DNA from: Lytechinus pictus
Lineage: Eukaryota
Reading direction: 5' to 3'
DNA: 60,000 bases
NCBI RefSeq assembly: GCF_037042905.1
Contig: NC_087251.1
Location: 23,624,001 to 23,684,000, forward strand
Part shown: one piece after another, positions 38,986-51,512 of the stretch
Layout of the letters: every line of letters starts with the position of its first letter
Numbering within the stretch: position 1 is the first letter of the stretch
Program-made: the position numbers and the translations under genes
Notes under the pieces: generated by a model
Seen by the model: the letters and a program-made list of their open reading frames with translations, nothing else
The model's database searches: none
Told to the model about the DNA's origin: nothing

Positions 38986-39280
38986 CTCCTTTCATTGATT
39001 CATAGTCTTCATAACCTGGAAGCATCTTGATGACATCTGCCCTTCCGATGATTTCAAGTATCTCCACAAACTTGTCAAACTTGCCCGGTTGTACTATCAT
39101 CTTCCTCTTGAGCTCTTGGATGATGTCGAATGCCCTTTTCTTTTGGTAGTCAAAAGCCCTAATGTGTTTCTGATCGCGGCAAACGTTCCTGAAGTCACTG
39201 AGCCCATCGTTGGTAGCTTCTATCCTCTTGGCCACATCGAACATTAGTTTGGTGTCTTCGGGTGATGGCTTGGCTGGCAT
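38986..39280 (-). CDS. Death-fold adaptor (FADD-like DED-DD-DD), coding exon 1: DED-like domain
   Basis: MPAKPSPEDTKLMFDVAKRI...AFDIIQELKRKMIVQPGKFDKFVEILEIIGRADVIKML fits the DED helical pattern including an RxDL-like motif (GRADV). Acceptor cacttcag| gives exon start 39290; donor GGAG|gtatg at 38986 (phase 1). Confidence 0.75.
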
Positions 39281-40705
39281 TTCATGTACTCTGAAGTGCA
39301 GTAAGTCTACATAGAAGCCTACATTTCGAATAGAAATCACATTGCAGAGATATAGACTGGACATGGTCAAAACATTATGCTCGATAGTCTAAACCAATTC
39401 CCAGCCACTTTGCTAATTACATGTGTAGTGTTGCCGGGGATGTTATTCAGGTGTTGTTTCTTCCCTCAAAAGGATCACCGAATTTCTACATTGATGTATT
39501 ATAAAGCTACAGTCTTCACAGCAAAGTTTTAATCAATAGGTCCACTTGGCACTCAATCGACTTTATCTCTATCACACTTTGAGGATTCAGATCGAATTCG
39601 AATGTGAATCAGTATAAGCCTAAAGACAAAACGGAAATAGGTTTCTGCAATAAATGTAGGGATAGGTCGATCTCGAGTGTCAAAGGCCTTTTTTTTTCAT
39701 GGAGAAAACAAAAGACGGTGCATGCACTCGGGAGGTGATTAAGGTGTAAAAGAGCACTTATGCGGAGGGGGGTTGAATATGACTAGTGAGAAAAGGGTAG
39801 GAAGAGCAGCTATATTGGACGGAGAAACACGGGGGGGGGCGCTTGAGAGAGGGGTGAGAGGAAGGTTTGGGTTCTGAGCTCTCGGTTTGAGGGAACTGTT
39901 TTCATCAACATTTTGAAGCTGATTTAAGTAAAATAGGCATACCGATTACTATACTGTACATACAACCATGCGTCATACCAGAAAAAAATCGACAAGCAAA
40001 CAATATCCAAAGGACAAGTGTAGCTTTATAATTATGCCCCTTTCTGTAAGTGTAAACCAGATGCTTTTCTTATGCACTGTGAGGTTGTGAGGAATTGTAA
40101 ATGACAATTATAGAATTCGCAATAAAATAATCAAGAACAAATTATGCCCACCGATAAAGGGATCTTGGTGTGAGACCCGAGGTATGCTTAGATACTTCAC
40201 GTGAAAACCACTTGTCAGATGAATGTTCTGTCGGCCGACTGTGTGCATGCACGCCCATCACAAAATGGCGCCACTCTCATCGAGAATCCTATACCCACAG
40301 GCACGTAATATTACTCATGTCCAGAGATTTGTGTACAAGACGATATTGCTGAGATGCTAGAGACTAGAGACATGAGAGCATGAACGAGATCACGTGATAA
40401 GATGAGATGAAAATGCACATATAAGGCCTATAATACTAGTCAGATCATATTGAACGTTTGTGAAAAACTGAATTATCTTATTCTTGACTTTTACTGATCA
40501 GCGTATTCACGTCTAGCATTTGAGGCTCGTATAGGCATATCTATTCATATCATCTTTTATGCAAATAGGTCGATCATGGTCTTTCTCATTAATTATGATT
40601 ATAAGGTTCAATTGGCGGGAACCGTTGGAAGCAAAATCGAAGCCCCTTAATAATTACTCATGACGATCAACCAAAGTACACACATCGTGCCATTATTTTA
40701 CTCAC

Positions 40706-40758
40706 CGGTTAATATCAATGTTCCTTTGAAATGATCGGCTGTCCTTTCAGGTCAGCGT
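40706..40758 (-). other. Candidate 53-bp 5' UTR exon of the death-fold gene
   Basis: Flanked by ttttataacag| and CCG|gtgagt; stop codons in all three frames. Confidence 0.5.
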
Positions 40759-41526
40759 CTGTTATAAAATTACAACAAAATACTATATAGGATGAGCGTA
40801 TCCCCCATACGTTCCTTGTATACCGTCAGCGTGCATGTACATGCAGGAAATTCTATTTATTTTTGGCGCTGCAATCATTCGTGAATATTAATATTTCACA
40901 ACAAGAGGCTCTTTTGTACACGAGCCACCATTACGATTACCTCTTTAGCAATTCTTTATTCAACCTGCGTTTGGGTTTTCCCCAAGTCTACAAAGTATTA
41001 CTGTTCAATTCAGTGACTCAAGTTCACATGGAAACCCACTCAACCATCGTCGTTGTTTGCTCATAGAGCAATCAAAGCAAGGGTCATATTTCATGCAGCC
41101 GCAAGTGCGTTTAAGAGTAGGTGCTATCATAATAGAGTTGGTTCAGGTGGATGTCTTAGCAGCAACTCCCTTGCTCAACTCTGTTGTCATACAAAATGAG
41201 GTTTAAAATATCTGTCTCTCTCGGTCTCTCCCAATCCACTTTTCTCATTCTGACGTCCCAGTTGGCACATTGATCAGACATGATTACTTCATTCTAAATA
41301 ATAAAGATAATAATAGTAATAATACACTCTTAAAATGTTGGGCAATAAAATCCCAATTTTCAACCATCACTGGGCAACATATTGTCCACACTGTTGTTAA
41401 AATCTGTCCAAATTGGGTAATAAATTTGCTCAATTTGATAATAATTGCCCACTATATATTACCAACACACATTACCGAACACAGTGGACAATATGCCCAA
41501 CATTTTAAGTTAGAAAGTCAAAAGGG

Positions 41527-41565
41527 GCCTAAGCTTTCGATCCTAGCAGAATCTTCGTCGGAGGC
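41527..41565 (-). ncRNA. Minimal type I hammerhead-ribozyme-like motif (Penelope-type), variant core
   Basis: The minus strand reads GCCU-CCGACGA-A-GAUUC-ugcua-GGAUC-GAAA-GC-UU-AGGC: stem I GCCU/AGGC, stem II GAUUC/GGAUC, palindromic AAGCUU in place of stem III. Confidence 0.5.
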
Positions 41566-41795
41566 AAAATGAAAAAAAAAAATAATAAATACATTTTAAG
41601 TGTGTACTGTATATCAAGAGTGATAATGCTCACTCGGCTATTAAGTACGTAGTTTGTTTCCCGGGGAATGCAAGTAACAAGGACAGTTTATGAGTTTTTA
41701 CCATTTAATTATTAGGAATTCATTAAATTGTCTTTAATCTTTATCTTATTTGTTAACGTAATAAACCTAGAGAGCGCGGAATTTGTGGACATTAA

Positions 41796-42264
41796 AGGGG
41801 AAGTTCACCCTAACAAAAAATATATAGTAAAAATAACATTTAAAAATAAAAAAATATTGCCGAAGGTTTGAGAAAAATCCATCAAACAATTAAAAAGTTA
41901 TTAGAATTTTAATTATTTAATTTGGGATATGCAAACAGCTTTCCTACATATTGAATGGTAAAAAATCAAATAAATGTCATTTTCTCAGAAAATCGAAAGT
42001 GGTTACTGAACCTTCAGTATATTAATAGACACTCATTTTACACCAGTTCCTAAAAAGAAAACAAAAATAAGTCATCACGAACCATTAGAAAATTGAAATT
42101 TATGCATTTTATATTTGCATAACATATGGGGCAGATGCTCGTTTGTGACGTCACAAATCCAAAACTTAAAAAATTCTAATAACTTCCTTAATCTTTAATG
42201 GATTTTCCTTAAACCTTCGCCTTTTTTTTTTTACAGCAATATTTTCTTCAGGATGAATTTCCCT
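41796..42264. mobile_element. Second Kolobok-like MITE family; a deleted relative lies at 15150-15348
   Basis: TTAA|AGGGGAAGTTCACCCT start with a degenerate inverse end; 15331-15352 shows the intact TCAGGGTGAACTTCCCCT|TTAA end. Confidence 0.65.
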
Positions 42265-43519
42265 GAAACCTGAAAACTGGACATTTTAAAAACTTTTGTA
42301 ATTATTAATAGGATGCATGGGCTGATATATATTTTTAACAATAATGCGAAGGCAAATCGCGAGCCCAATTTTTTTAATAAATTGTCAAAAAGGGGGTTTT
42401 AAGTAGTTTGTTATGAAATAGAGGTATACATTATACTCACCAATTAAAATGTGAGCGCGCAGCGCTAGCTGATAGGTATTGACAATCAACCCCGAAAAGG
42501 GATATTTTAAGAACTTTGTGGAATGCACAAGGAGAATAGGTACTTGACAAATCAAACGGCGCGAGCTGTAAATGTTGATACCTAGACAATAATTGATATT
42601 TTACAGAGCCGATTTTGAAATCCAATTTGTAAATCCAACAAAATATTGAAAGCTCGATGTCCGAGCTGAAATATGTTTTGTATATTGACTTCAAAACTTG
42701 ATATTTTAAGCTCCATATCAGCCTATTTATTGAGCAAGATATGTAACACGTTGAACATGCAATACGAGCGCGAAGCACGAGCGAAAATTTTATATAGTGA
42801 CATGAAATATTTTTTTATATTTCCTAATTTTTCCCCTCACCTTATTTTATTCACTCATCTTCCTTCTTTTTTTTTTTCTTCCTTTTTTCTCCTCTCTTTT
42901 CCCTTCTTTTTTCTTTCCCATCTTTTCTTTGTGTTTGCTCCGCCAATAGGGAGGCCCGGGTCCCAATGGATCCGCCTATGGAACTAGACGTTAACCCTCA
43001 GCTACGCTGCTTGACCAAATTCGAAATTTTGAAAGGGGACACATCACTCTTCCCCCGGGACCGCCGCCCATATATATTTCTATCATTTTCGGGTAATACA
43101 TAAATACACTACATTTCTTTTTTCAAGTGATCACCTCCATGCGCGTATTCGAGGGGGGGGGGGGGCTTTCAGGGCCCACTGGGTAGACGAAAGGGGGAAA
43201 AGAAGAGAAACGGAAAAGAAAAGGAAAAGAAAAAAAAAGAGGGAGAAAGGGAAAAGGAGAGAAGAGGGGGAAGATAGAGAGAGAGGGAAAGGGTAGTAAA
43301 AGAGCGGGGGTCGCCAATTTGGTGTTGACCTGGGGCGCCAATTCATGTTTGACCTTAGGGTGCCAATTCAATATTCGACCGGGTACCAAATTGACCTGAA
43401 ATGAAGGGGTATCAAATTGACCTTAATCTCGGGAGGGGGTGGGTGCCAATTATTGATGTTCGACCTTTGGGGCGCCAATTTGATGTTTGACCGGGGGGCG
43501 CCAAAATCATGTGAAATAT

Positions 43520-44210
43520 GAGTTTGGCGCTCGCATCAAAATAATGTTTAGTTAGATGCTGTTCAATATTACCAAAAGTGCTTAGAATGTCCAAATTTTA
43601 GGTCAGAATATCAACATTTTCATCTCGCTCTTCGCGCTCTCATCAATTTATTGTGTAGGTAGATGACGATCCTGTTCATGGTTAGAAAAGTGATTAGAAT
43701 GTCCGGATTTGGGTCGGAATATCAAAAATTTTCAGCTTGCACTTCGCACTCGCATAAAACATTGAGTAAGATACCTATTATATTTATTATTACCAAAAGT
43801 GTTTATAGAATTTCCAATTTTTAAGGTGAGAATACTAATTTTCTAGCTCGCTCTTCGCGCTCGCGTCGATTGTTTTGATAGATACCCATTCTATTCATTG
43901 TTAAAAAGGTTCCTAGGATGTCCAGTTGTGGGTCGGAATATTTAATAAAAAATGTCAGCTTGCGCTTCGCGCTCGATTAATTAGTAAGATGCCCATCCTA
44001 GCTGTTCATGATTGCCATGCAAGAGTACTTAGAATTTTCACATTTTGGGTCAGCTAGTATATCAAAAATTTTCAGCTCGCATCGGCTCGCGCACCAATCG
44101 TTAATTCAGATTGATACCAATCCTGCTCATGCTTACAAAAACTGCTCAGAATGTTCAATTATCAGAATTAAGTGCATAAAATACCCCAAAACTTCTCTCG
44201 CTTCCCTTTA
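43520..44210. repeat. Degenerate ~110-bp tandem array (GCGCTTCGCGCTCGCA family) within a composite repeat
   Basis: The motif recurs at ~43526, 43626, 43740, 43850, 43961 and 44077; the same family occurs at 42300-42800 and 49000-50000. Confidence 0.7.
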
Positions 44211-44251
44211 ACCTTTTAACGTGTGTGAATAAAGCTAAGATGTAAACCCGT

Positions 44252-46300
44252 TTTCCAGTGTCTAGAGGAGTCTAGACAAGGTGATCCTCTGGCTCCTTTA
44301 CTGCTTATACTGAGCTTGGAAGTTGTTCTTACAAGACTTAATAATAATGATAATATTCAGGCTTTTGAACTTAGTGGAAAACAAATAAAGTATACAGCAT
44401 ATGCTGACGACTTAACTTGCTTTTGTAGGAATGTACAATCAATGAAGATGGTTTTCAAAGTTTTTGAAGAATTCTCAATCATATCAGGTCTTTATTTGAA
44501 TAAAACAAAAACGGAAGGAATATGGATTGGGAAAGATAGGCACAATGGAGAAAAAAACAAATGATATACATTGGGCAGACAAAAGCATAAGAGTTTTAGG
44601 CATTTATTTCTCATATGATCAGGAAATAGTCAGGAAACTGAACTTTGATAAGAGACTGGATGAAATAAAATGTACTTTCTTAAGATGGAAGAATCGGGGA
44701 TTAACTTTATTAGGGAAAGTTCAACTATTGAAAACATTTGTTATGTCTAAGATTATGTATATAGTTTCCAATATTGAAATACCCGATGATTTTGTTAAGG
44801 AGGTTGAAAAGTTGATGTTTCAGTTTATGTGGAAAGGCCCAGATAAGATATCACGGGCAACAATGATTGCAGATTATACCGAAGGTGGTCTTAAATTCCC
44901 GAAACTAAAATGCATGATAGAGACACAGCTGGTTAAGTGGATTCAGAGATACCATACAGAATCAGAACATCATGGGAAATTGTTCTTTGACCATTATTGT
45001 AAACGATTTGGTGGAAAATTGATTTTTATGAGTAATTATTCTGTGAGCCAATTGAATTATCTTGGAATTCCCTTATTTTATCATAACTTGCTGTTAGCAT
45101 GGTCCAAGACAAAGGAGTATAATCAATTTGTTGATGATCAAGGAACCCAAGCAAGTGTACTTAGTCAAATTGTTTGGAATAATCAATATATTCTTATTCA
45201 TGATAAATCGTAAATCGGTATACTGTAAGGCCTTTCATGAGGCAGGTCTATGTCATGTATGTTATATATATTATATCAACTTTTTGATCTACATGGAAAC
45301 ATAGTGCAATTATTACATGATATATTTGGCAATAGTATCACTAGTCAGGAAGAAATGGGGAAGTTCATTTAATCAATTATTTATACAAATGTTCTTGGAG
45401 AAAATAGATTATGAACATGATCAGTCCGTCCTTTTGACAGGAGAAATTCAAAAACTAAAAACTAGAAATATTTATGTTGATTTAGTGAGTAAATGAACAC
45501 ATAGACCTGTCTGTGAGCCCCTATTTTCCACTAAATATGGGATAGAGGAGGAAGAATGGCCACAAATGTATCTACTCCCATTTAAATGCACAATAGAAGA
45601 AATGAGAGTCTTCCAGTTAAAAATTTTGCATATATTCTCTACACCAATGAGAGACTATTCAAAATGAAGCAAGTTCAGACAGAACTTTGCAAAATTGTGC
45701 AAGACCTCTGTTGAAACTCCTTTACATCTTTTTTATGAATGTAAGCGGGTTGCTGAAGATTTAAGACGTGCTTTTGTTGATAAAATTGGTCTGAATTAGC
45801 TACCTGTAAGATATGAGGATCTATCTAGGAAAAGAATGATTTTGGATTCATAAAGGATTGGAAGGGACCACATAAAATATTACTGAATCACTTAATTATC
45901 TTATTGAAGAGATACATTTATATTCAGAAATGTATAAATTTAGTAGTAAGTTTCATAGGTTTTGAAGCGTTCATTTGCAAAATCAGACATATAGAATTGG
46001 TAATTGCTAAACAAAAACACAAAGAAAACACGCACTATAGAAAATGGTCCCCTATTGAGAATTTATTTTAATTATCCATAATTATATTTTGATAATGAGA
46101 CAATCCAGACCACCAGGGATTAATTATTTAGCTTTTACATCAGGTCTGTTTTTTGGTTTTTTTTGGTAATTGTTACAGTGATTCCTATTTGATTATTGTT
46201 CTTTTAATGTTATACTATTATGTAATTCCTGTATGATTGTTGTTTTTGTAATGTTAAAAAAGCCTTGAAAATCAATAAAATTTCGAAAATATAAAAAAAA
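44252..46300 (+). mobile_element. 5'-truncated L1/Tx1-clade non-LTR retrotransposon (degenerate ORF2: RT + C-terminal Cys motif)
   Basis: QGDPL, YADD, GLYLNKTKTE, IRVLGIYF, LTLLGKV, GGL and HLFYEC motifs with frameshifts and stops. AATAAA + A-tail; 15-bp TSD AAGATGTAAACCCGT at 44237-44251 and 46301-46315. Confidence 0.92.
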
Positions 46301-47464
46301 AAGATGTAAACCCGTATAGTCTTTAGTAAGCACTGCAAATCGGCATTTAACTCCCGGGAAAATACGGAAAATATAGGGAAATTATCCCCCCCCCCCCCAT
46401 TGGCAAAAGGTGGATCCGCCCCTGATGGTAAAGAAATTACGTATAGGCCTACAGGGCCTACAGCTCTCTTTATATGTAAATATATATATAGATATATAAT
46501 CCGTTTCTGAAAGAAAGAAAAATGACCCCCCCCCCCCCCAAAACACAATGAATTGCATGGTTCCACCGCCTCATAAAAGCTGTGGGGCTGAAAAGGAAAC
46601 CGAAACCCAAAGAGATAGAGAATCAGCCTGGAAATAATGAGCAAAATGAGAGGATCAATAAAATAAAAATAAAAAAAGTAGTCCCATCAAAATAATAATC
46701 TTTATATGATAACATACAAGGGAGCGTTTCATCAACATTTCTTTTAATTGTCCGACAAGTTGTCGGATCTGACAACTTTCTTGAAAGGGATAAAATCATT
46801 TGCTATCATGTACGGGATCATGAGTATCCAAGATATAAAAAACTCATACGTGTAATAGTGCAGGTAAACTAAATTGAAAAAAGAATAGAAAATCAAAGAT
46901 CAAAGACTTTGTCAAGAAGACCACAGTTCAGCCACACCCAAATAATGCAATGCGCGCCGCGCCATCATATCATGTATTGTTATCAAAAGTAGACAGTCTC
47001 AGATCATACTCAAGCTGTGAATATGCTGAAAGAGTGAGTTAAACTTCAATGGGAATCGTGGTATGTATGAGTTACTTCTAAACCGGTAATTTCTAAACTG
47101 GTAATTTCGCTTTGACAATGTTATTATTCGCCGAAATGATGGGGATCTGGATACTTAAGTTACAGTTCTTATATCTGCTTAAAATTTTAGCAGTATAATT
47201 TTAGTTAGTCCCACATATTGCAATGAATGTTAGTGTACGTGTAGGCTAGAGTCACTCACACAACATGCGAGGTTAGTATACTAACCTCGCACAACACATG
47301 TGATTTTATAGTGCATTTTGACGTTTTCATTCATCACACGAATGTGAGGGACTAAACTACGCCAAACCTTTCAATATTTGTCCATTATGTTAATCTTGAT
47401 CGTATGGTTTAAGTTTATTTGAAAAAGAAATTATAAATTATTTATAAGTGTTTTTATCGCTTAC

Positions 47465-47615
47465 CTCCAAATCTCAACCAGGATACTTCGCTCGGTCCGT
47501 CCTTAGTCATCCTTCGTACTGCGGTGGAAATTACGCAAACAACAATCGAAATGCGAAATTTTCCTATCGAACATTCTCGATTCAAGTCGTCGGCGCATAA
47601 TAGGAAATTGTACCA
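47465..47615 (-). promoter_or_regulatory. Candidate first exon and proximal promoter of the death-fold gene
   Basis: Strong - strand donor GGAG|gtaagc at 47465. Adjacent CpG-rich unique sequence carries TGGAAATTAC, CGAAATGCGAAATTTTCC and AGGAAATT motifs. Confidence 0.35.
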
Positions 47616-48070
47616 AAAATCAACATAGTTCTCTATTTATTCAAACAATTTTTTCTGGGGTGCACTTGACCTTTAAGAGATTTTCCAATGAAAATATTAC
47701 ATGGAACTTGGAAATACAAATCATAATTTGGTTAAACAAAATGTTTTCTGTTAAAGTATAAAACAGAAGAGGAACATATCCTTCACGTATTTTTATATCC
47801 AAAATATGTTGCCTTAGTATGGAATAATCACAATGACATAAAATGAAAATGGGTAAAGTACCTTCCTAATGATCATTGAGATTTCGCCTATGGAATCATT
47901 GTTTAATAATTTTCAAAGCTTTAAATAGATGAAAATGTTCATTGAGAAAATATACATATATATATATGAACAAAATGATAATGTCCCGATTGTTTCGCAT
48001 TACGTGTGTTAGATTGCGGGCGTTTGTGTGTGTGTGTAGGAAGCAAGATATTCGTGTTAATGTTTGCACA

Positions 48071-48950
48071 AAAAAGGAGAGGGAAAGGGAAAGGAAAAGG
48101 GGAGGGGGAAAGGTAGAGGAGAGAGAGGGAAAAGGAGACCATAAAATAGAAAGAAAACAAAGGAAAGGAAGAGGGGAAGGGGAAGGGAGAGAGAAAGAAA
48201 AATGGAAAGAGCGAGAAAAGAGTAGGGGAGGGAGAAAGGAAAGAAAAGAAGGGAAAGGAGAAAGGGAATGGAGGGGGCGGGAAAGGAAAGGAGAGACAAT
48301 AAAAGACAGATCAGGGGAGGGGGAAAAGTAGAGGAGAGAGAGGGAAAAGGAGACCATAAAATAGAAAGAAAACAAAAGAAAGGAAGAGGGGAAGGGAGAG
48401 GGAAAGAAAAATGGAAAGAGCAAGAAAAGAGTAGGGGAGGGAGAAAGGAAACAAAAGAAGAGAAAGGAAAAAGCGAGAAAGGGAATGGAGGGGGCAGGAA
48501 AGGGAAGGAGAGACAATAAAAGACAGATCAGGGGAGGGGGAAAAGTAGAGGAGAGAGAGGGAAAAGGAGACCATAAAATAGAAAGAAAACAAAAGAAAGG
48601 AAGAGGGGAAGGGAGAGGGAAAGAAAAATGGAAAGAGCGAGAAAAGAGTAGGGGAGGGAGAAAGGAAACAAAAGAAGAGAAAGGAAAAAGCGAGAAAGGG
48701 AATGGAGGGGGCGGGAAAGGGAAGGAGAGACAATAAAAGACAGATCAGGGGAGGGGGAAAGGTAGAGGAGAGAGAGGGAAAAGGAGACCATAAAATAGAA
48801 AGAAAACAAAAGAAAGGAAGAGGGGAAGGGAGAGGGAAAGAAGAAGGGAAAGGAAAAGCGAAAAAGGGAAGGGAAAGGGAGAAAAGAAAAGAAGGGAGAA
48901 CGAAAATGGGGAAAGGGAGAAGGAGAGGGGATGATGACGGGGATAGGAAA
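48071..48950. repeat. Polypurine minisatellite, 217-bp unit, ~3.5 copies
   Basis: TCAGGGGAGGGGGAAA recurs at 48311, 48528 and 48745; almost exclusively A/G on the + strand. Confidence 0.95.
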
Positions 48951-49175
48951 ATGTCAAGTTTGAAGATCTGAATATTAACACTAAAACAAAATTAGACTCC
49001 CATGTTTTATTTATAAAAATACCATCTTTTTCATGATTATAAAGGTTCAACGTCCCTGTTCTAGGTCTAAACTTCAACATAAATCTACTGGCGCTTCGCG
49101 CTTGAATTCTGTAGGTCATTCCTCTTTTAAAAGTATAGGTAATCTGTCGGACTTTTCAAATCCCAAATTTAAATC

Positions 49176-49794
49176 TTAAGCGCAAATGCCCTCGCATTAT
49201 TTGTCATTTAGATACAGTCCTGTCATCAATATAAAAAATTATAAGTGCGAGCTTCGTGCTGGCATCATTTTTGTAAGTGACATTTATGATGTTGTTCATA
49301 TTTTAAAAATGTCCATTTGTTGAGGTTTAAATGTCCAAAAGTTCAGCGCTCGCATAATTTGTAAGGTAAATAGGCCTACCCTTTTAATTGTTATACAAAG
49401 GCGCTTATACAACGTCCAGAATGCAGTTCGGAATATTGAAAATAACTATTGGTCCCGCTATTTCTGCCCGTGCGACAAGCATTTATCTTTTTGAATCATG
49501 AGATTCACCTTTAAAATATGATGAAAAAGTATCGTTAAGACTGAATTAAGAAAAAAAGAAGCTCACGTTTCACGCTCGCATTTTGATCCGTTAGCTTGTG
49601 ATAATAATGGTGACTTCGTTAATATATCTTAGCGGACATGTCCACCTTTTGGTGCTTCAAGAAAAATAAACACAACACACAAATAATAATAGGAAACGAA
49701 CAAGAATAGAATAGATAGTTACCTATCCCACTCATGAATTCTTATTTAACAGTCCCCAAAACGTCTTTTTTTCGTGTTAGCTTATTTCATATAC

Positions 49795-49853
<59 letters not shown>

Positions 49854-51473
49854 TCTCCTCATCATGGTTATAAAAAGTGCTCAGAATGTTTTATTTTCAA
49901 GTCCTTGTATCAGAATTTTCAGCTCGGGCAGCTCTATCGCATTTTGATTTCTATCCTGTTGATTTATTTACTTGAACAAAATATTTAAAATGTCCAGCTT
50001 TTAGAACGGATATCAAAAAAAGGTATTCACCTTTGATCATAGATGAGGAAGAAGAAAAAAGTGCAAAAAAATAGGAAACAAACTAACGAATTAATGTGAC
50101 ATAATTTTTCTTCATTTCAAGGCGACTCTTTACATTTCATCATCGCTGATGGCGCTACAATAAAAAATACCGCTTGACAGCAAAAAAAAAAAAAGAAAGA
50201 GGAAAATAATGCTGAGCGTCTAAAATGCAGCTAGCAGTACAAGCTGCAGAACCGTAAACAAACATCTTGTGAATAATATCGCGCGCCCTCTTTAAGCAAA
50301 AGTTTACAACCACGATGACCCTGCGGTATCTACGTGAAGATCACGAGAAAATGCTTTTTTTTTCTTAAAAACACACCAAAGAGAAGTCAAGAAACGATCC
50401 ATATGGTTCGGTAAGTGTCATAGCACAATTAGAAACATTATTTTAAAAGGAATGGCATAGTTATTTTAGTAAAAAGGGTGTGAAAAATTTGCGTGCACCA
50501 TGTGCATATGAATCCTTCACACCCGAGATGCATTGATCCCATGAGTGGGCTAGAGTAGAGGTTTAGATATTTATTAACCCAGGGAGCTCCCCGCCCGCGC
50601 AACTGGCGGGAGCCCAGGGGCTTACCGTGTATTTTACCATACTCGCGGGACTAGGGTGATTTATGGTCTAAATATTTCTCCAAATGAATTGTGAAAACAG
50701 AAATTATGCACTTACCACGATTAAATGGATGAAGGTCTAACGAGTGGCAGTTTCCTGACATCTGAGCACAGACCACTCATGGGTTCAATGCATCTCGGGT
50801 GCGAAGGATTCATATGCACATGGTGCACGCGAATCTTTCACACCCTTTTTACTAAAATAACTATGCCATTACAGTTTACCTAAAGTTTCTAATTGTGCTA
50901 TGACACTTACCGAACCATATGGATCGTTTGTTGACTTCTCTTTGCTGTTTTTTTAAGAAAAAAAAAGCATTTTCTCGTGATCTTCACGTAGATGCCGCCG
51001 GATCATCGTGGATATCAACTTTTGCCTAAAGAGGGCGCGCGATATTATTCACAAGACGTTTGTTTACGGTTCTGCAGCTTGTACTGCTAGCTGCATTTTA
51101 GACGCTTAGCATTATTTTCCTCTTTCTGTTTTTTTTTTTTTTTTTTTTTGCTGTCAACCGGTATTTTCTATTGTAACGCCATCAGCAATGATGAAATGTA
51201 AAGAGTCGCCTTGAAATGAAGAAAAATTGTGTCACATTAATTTGTTAGTTTGTTTCCTATTTTTTTGCTCTTTTTCTTCCTCATCTATGATCAACTTAGG
51301 TGAATACCTTTTTTTTATATCTGTTCCAAAAGCTGGATATTTTAAATATTTTGTTCAAATAAATAAATCAACAGGATAGTAATCAAAATGCGATAGAGCT
51401 GCCCGAGCTGAAAATTCTGATACAAGTCCAAATAAAACATTCTGAGCACTTTTTATAACCATGATGAGGAGAC

Positions 51474-51512
<39 letters not shown>

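Noticed and set aside
39281..39370. N-terminal extension of ORF 38963..39370 (MTMSSLY...)
   Set aside because: Mostly upstream of the splice acceptor at 39291; the candidate upstream exon has stops in all frames, so ATG 39280 is preferred
47896..49119. Many overlapping K/E/G/R-rich and F/S/L/P-rich ORFs up to 206 aa
   Set aside because: Artefacts of the stop-poor 217-bp polypurine repeat
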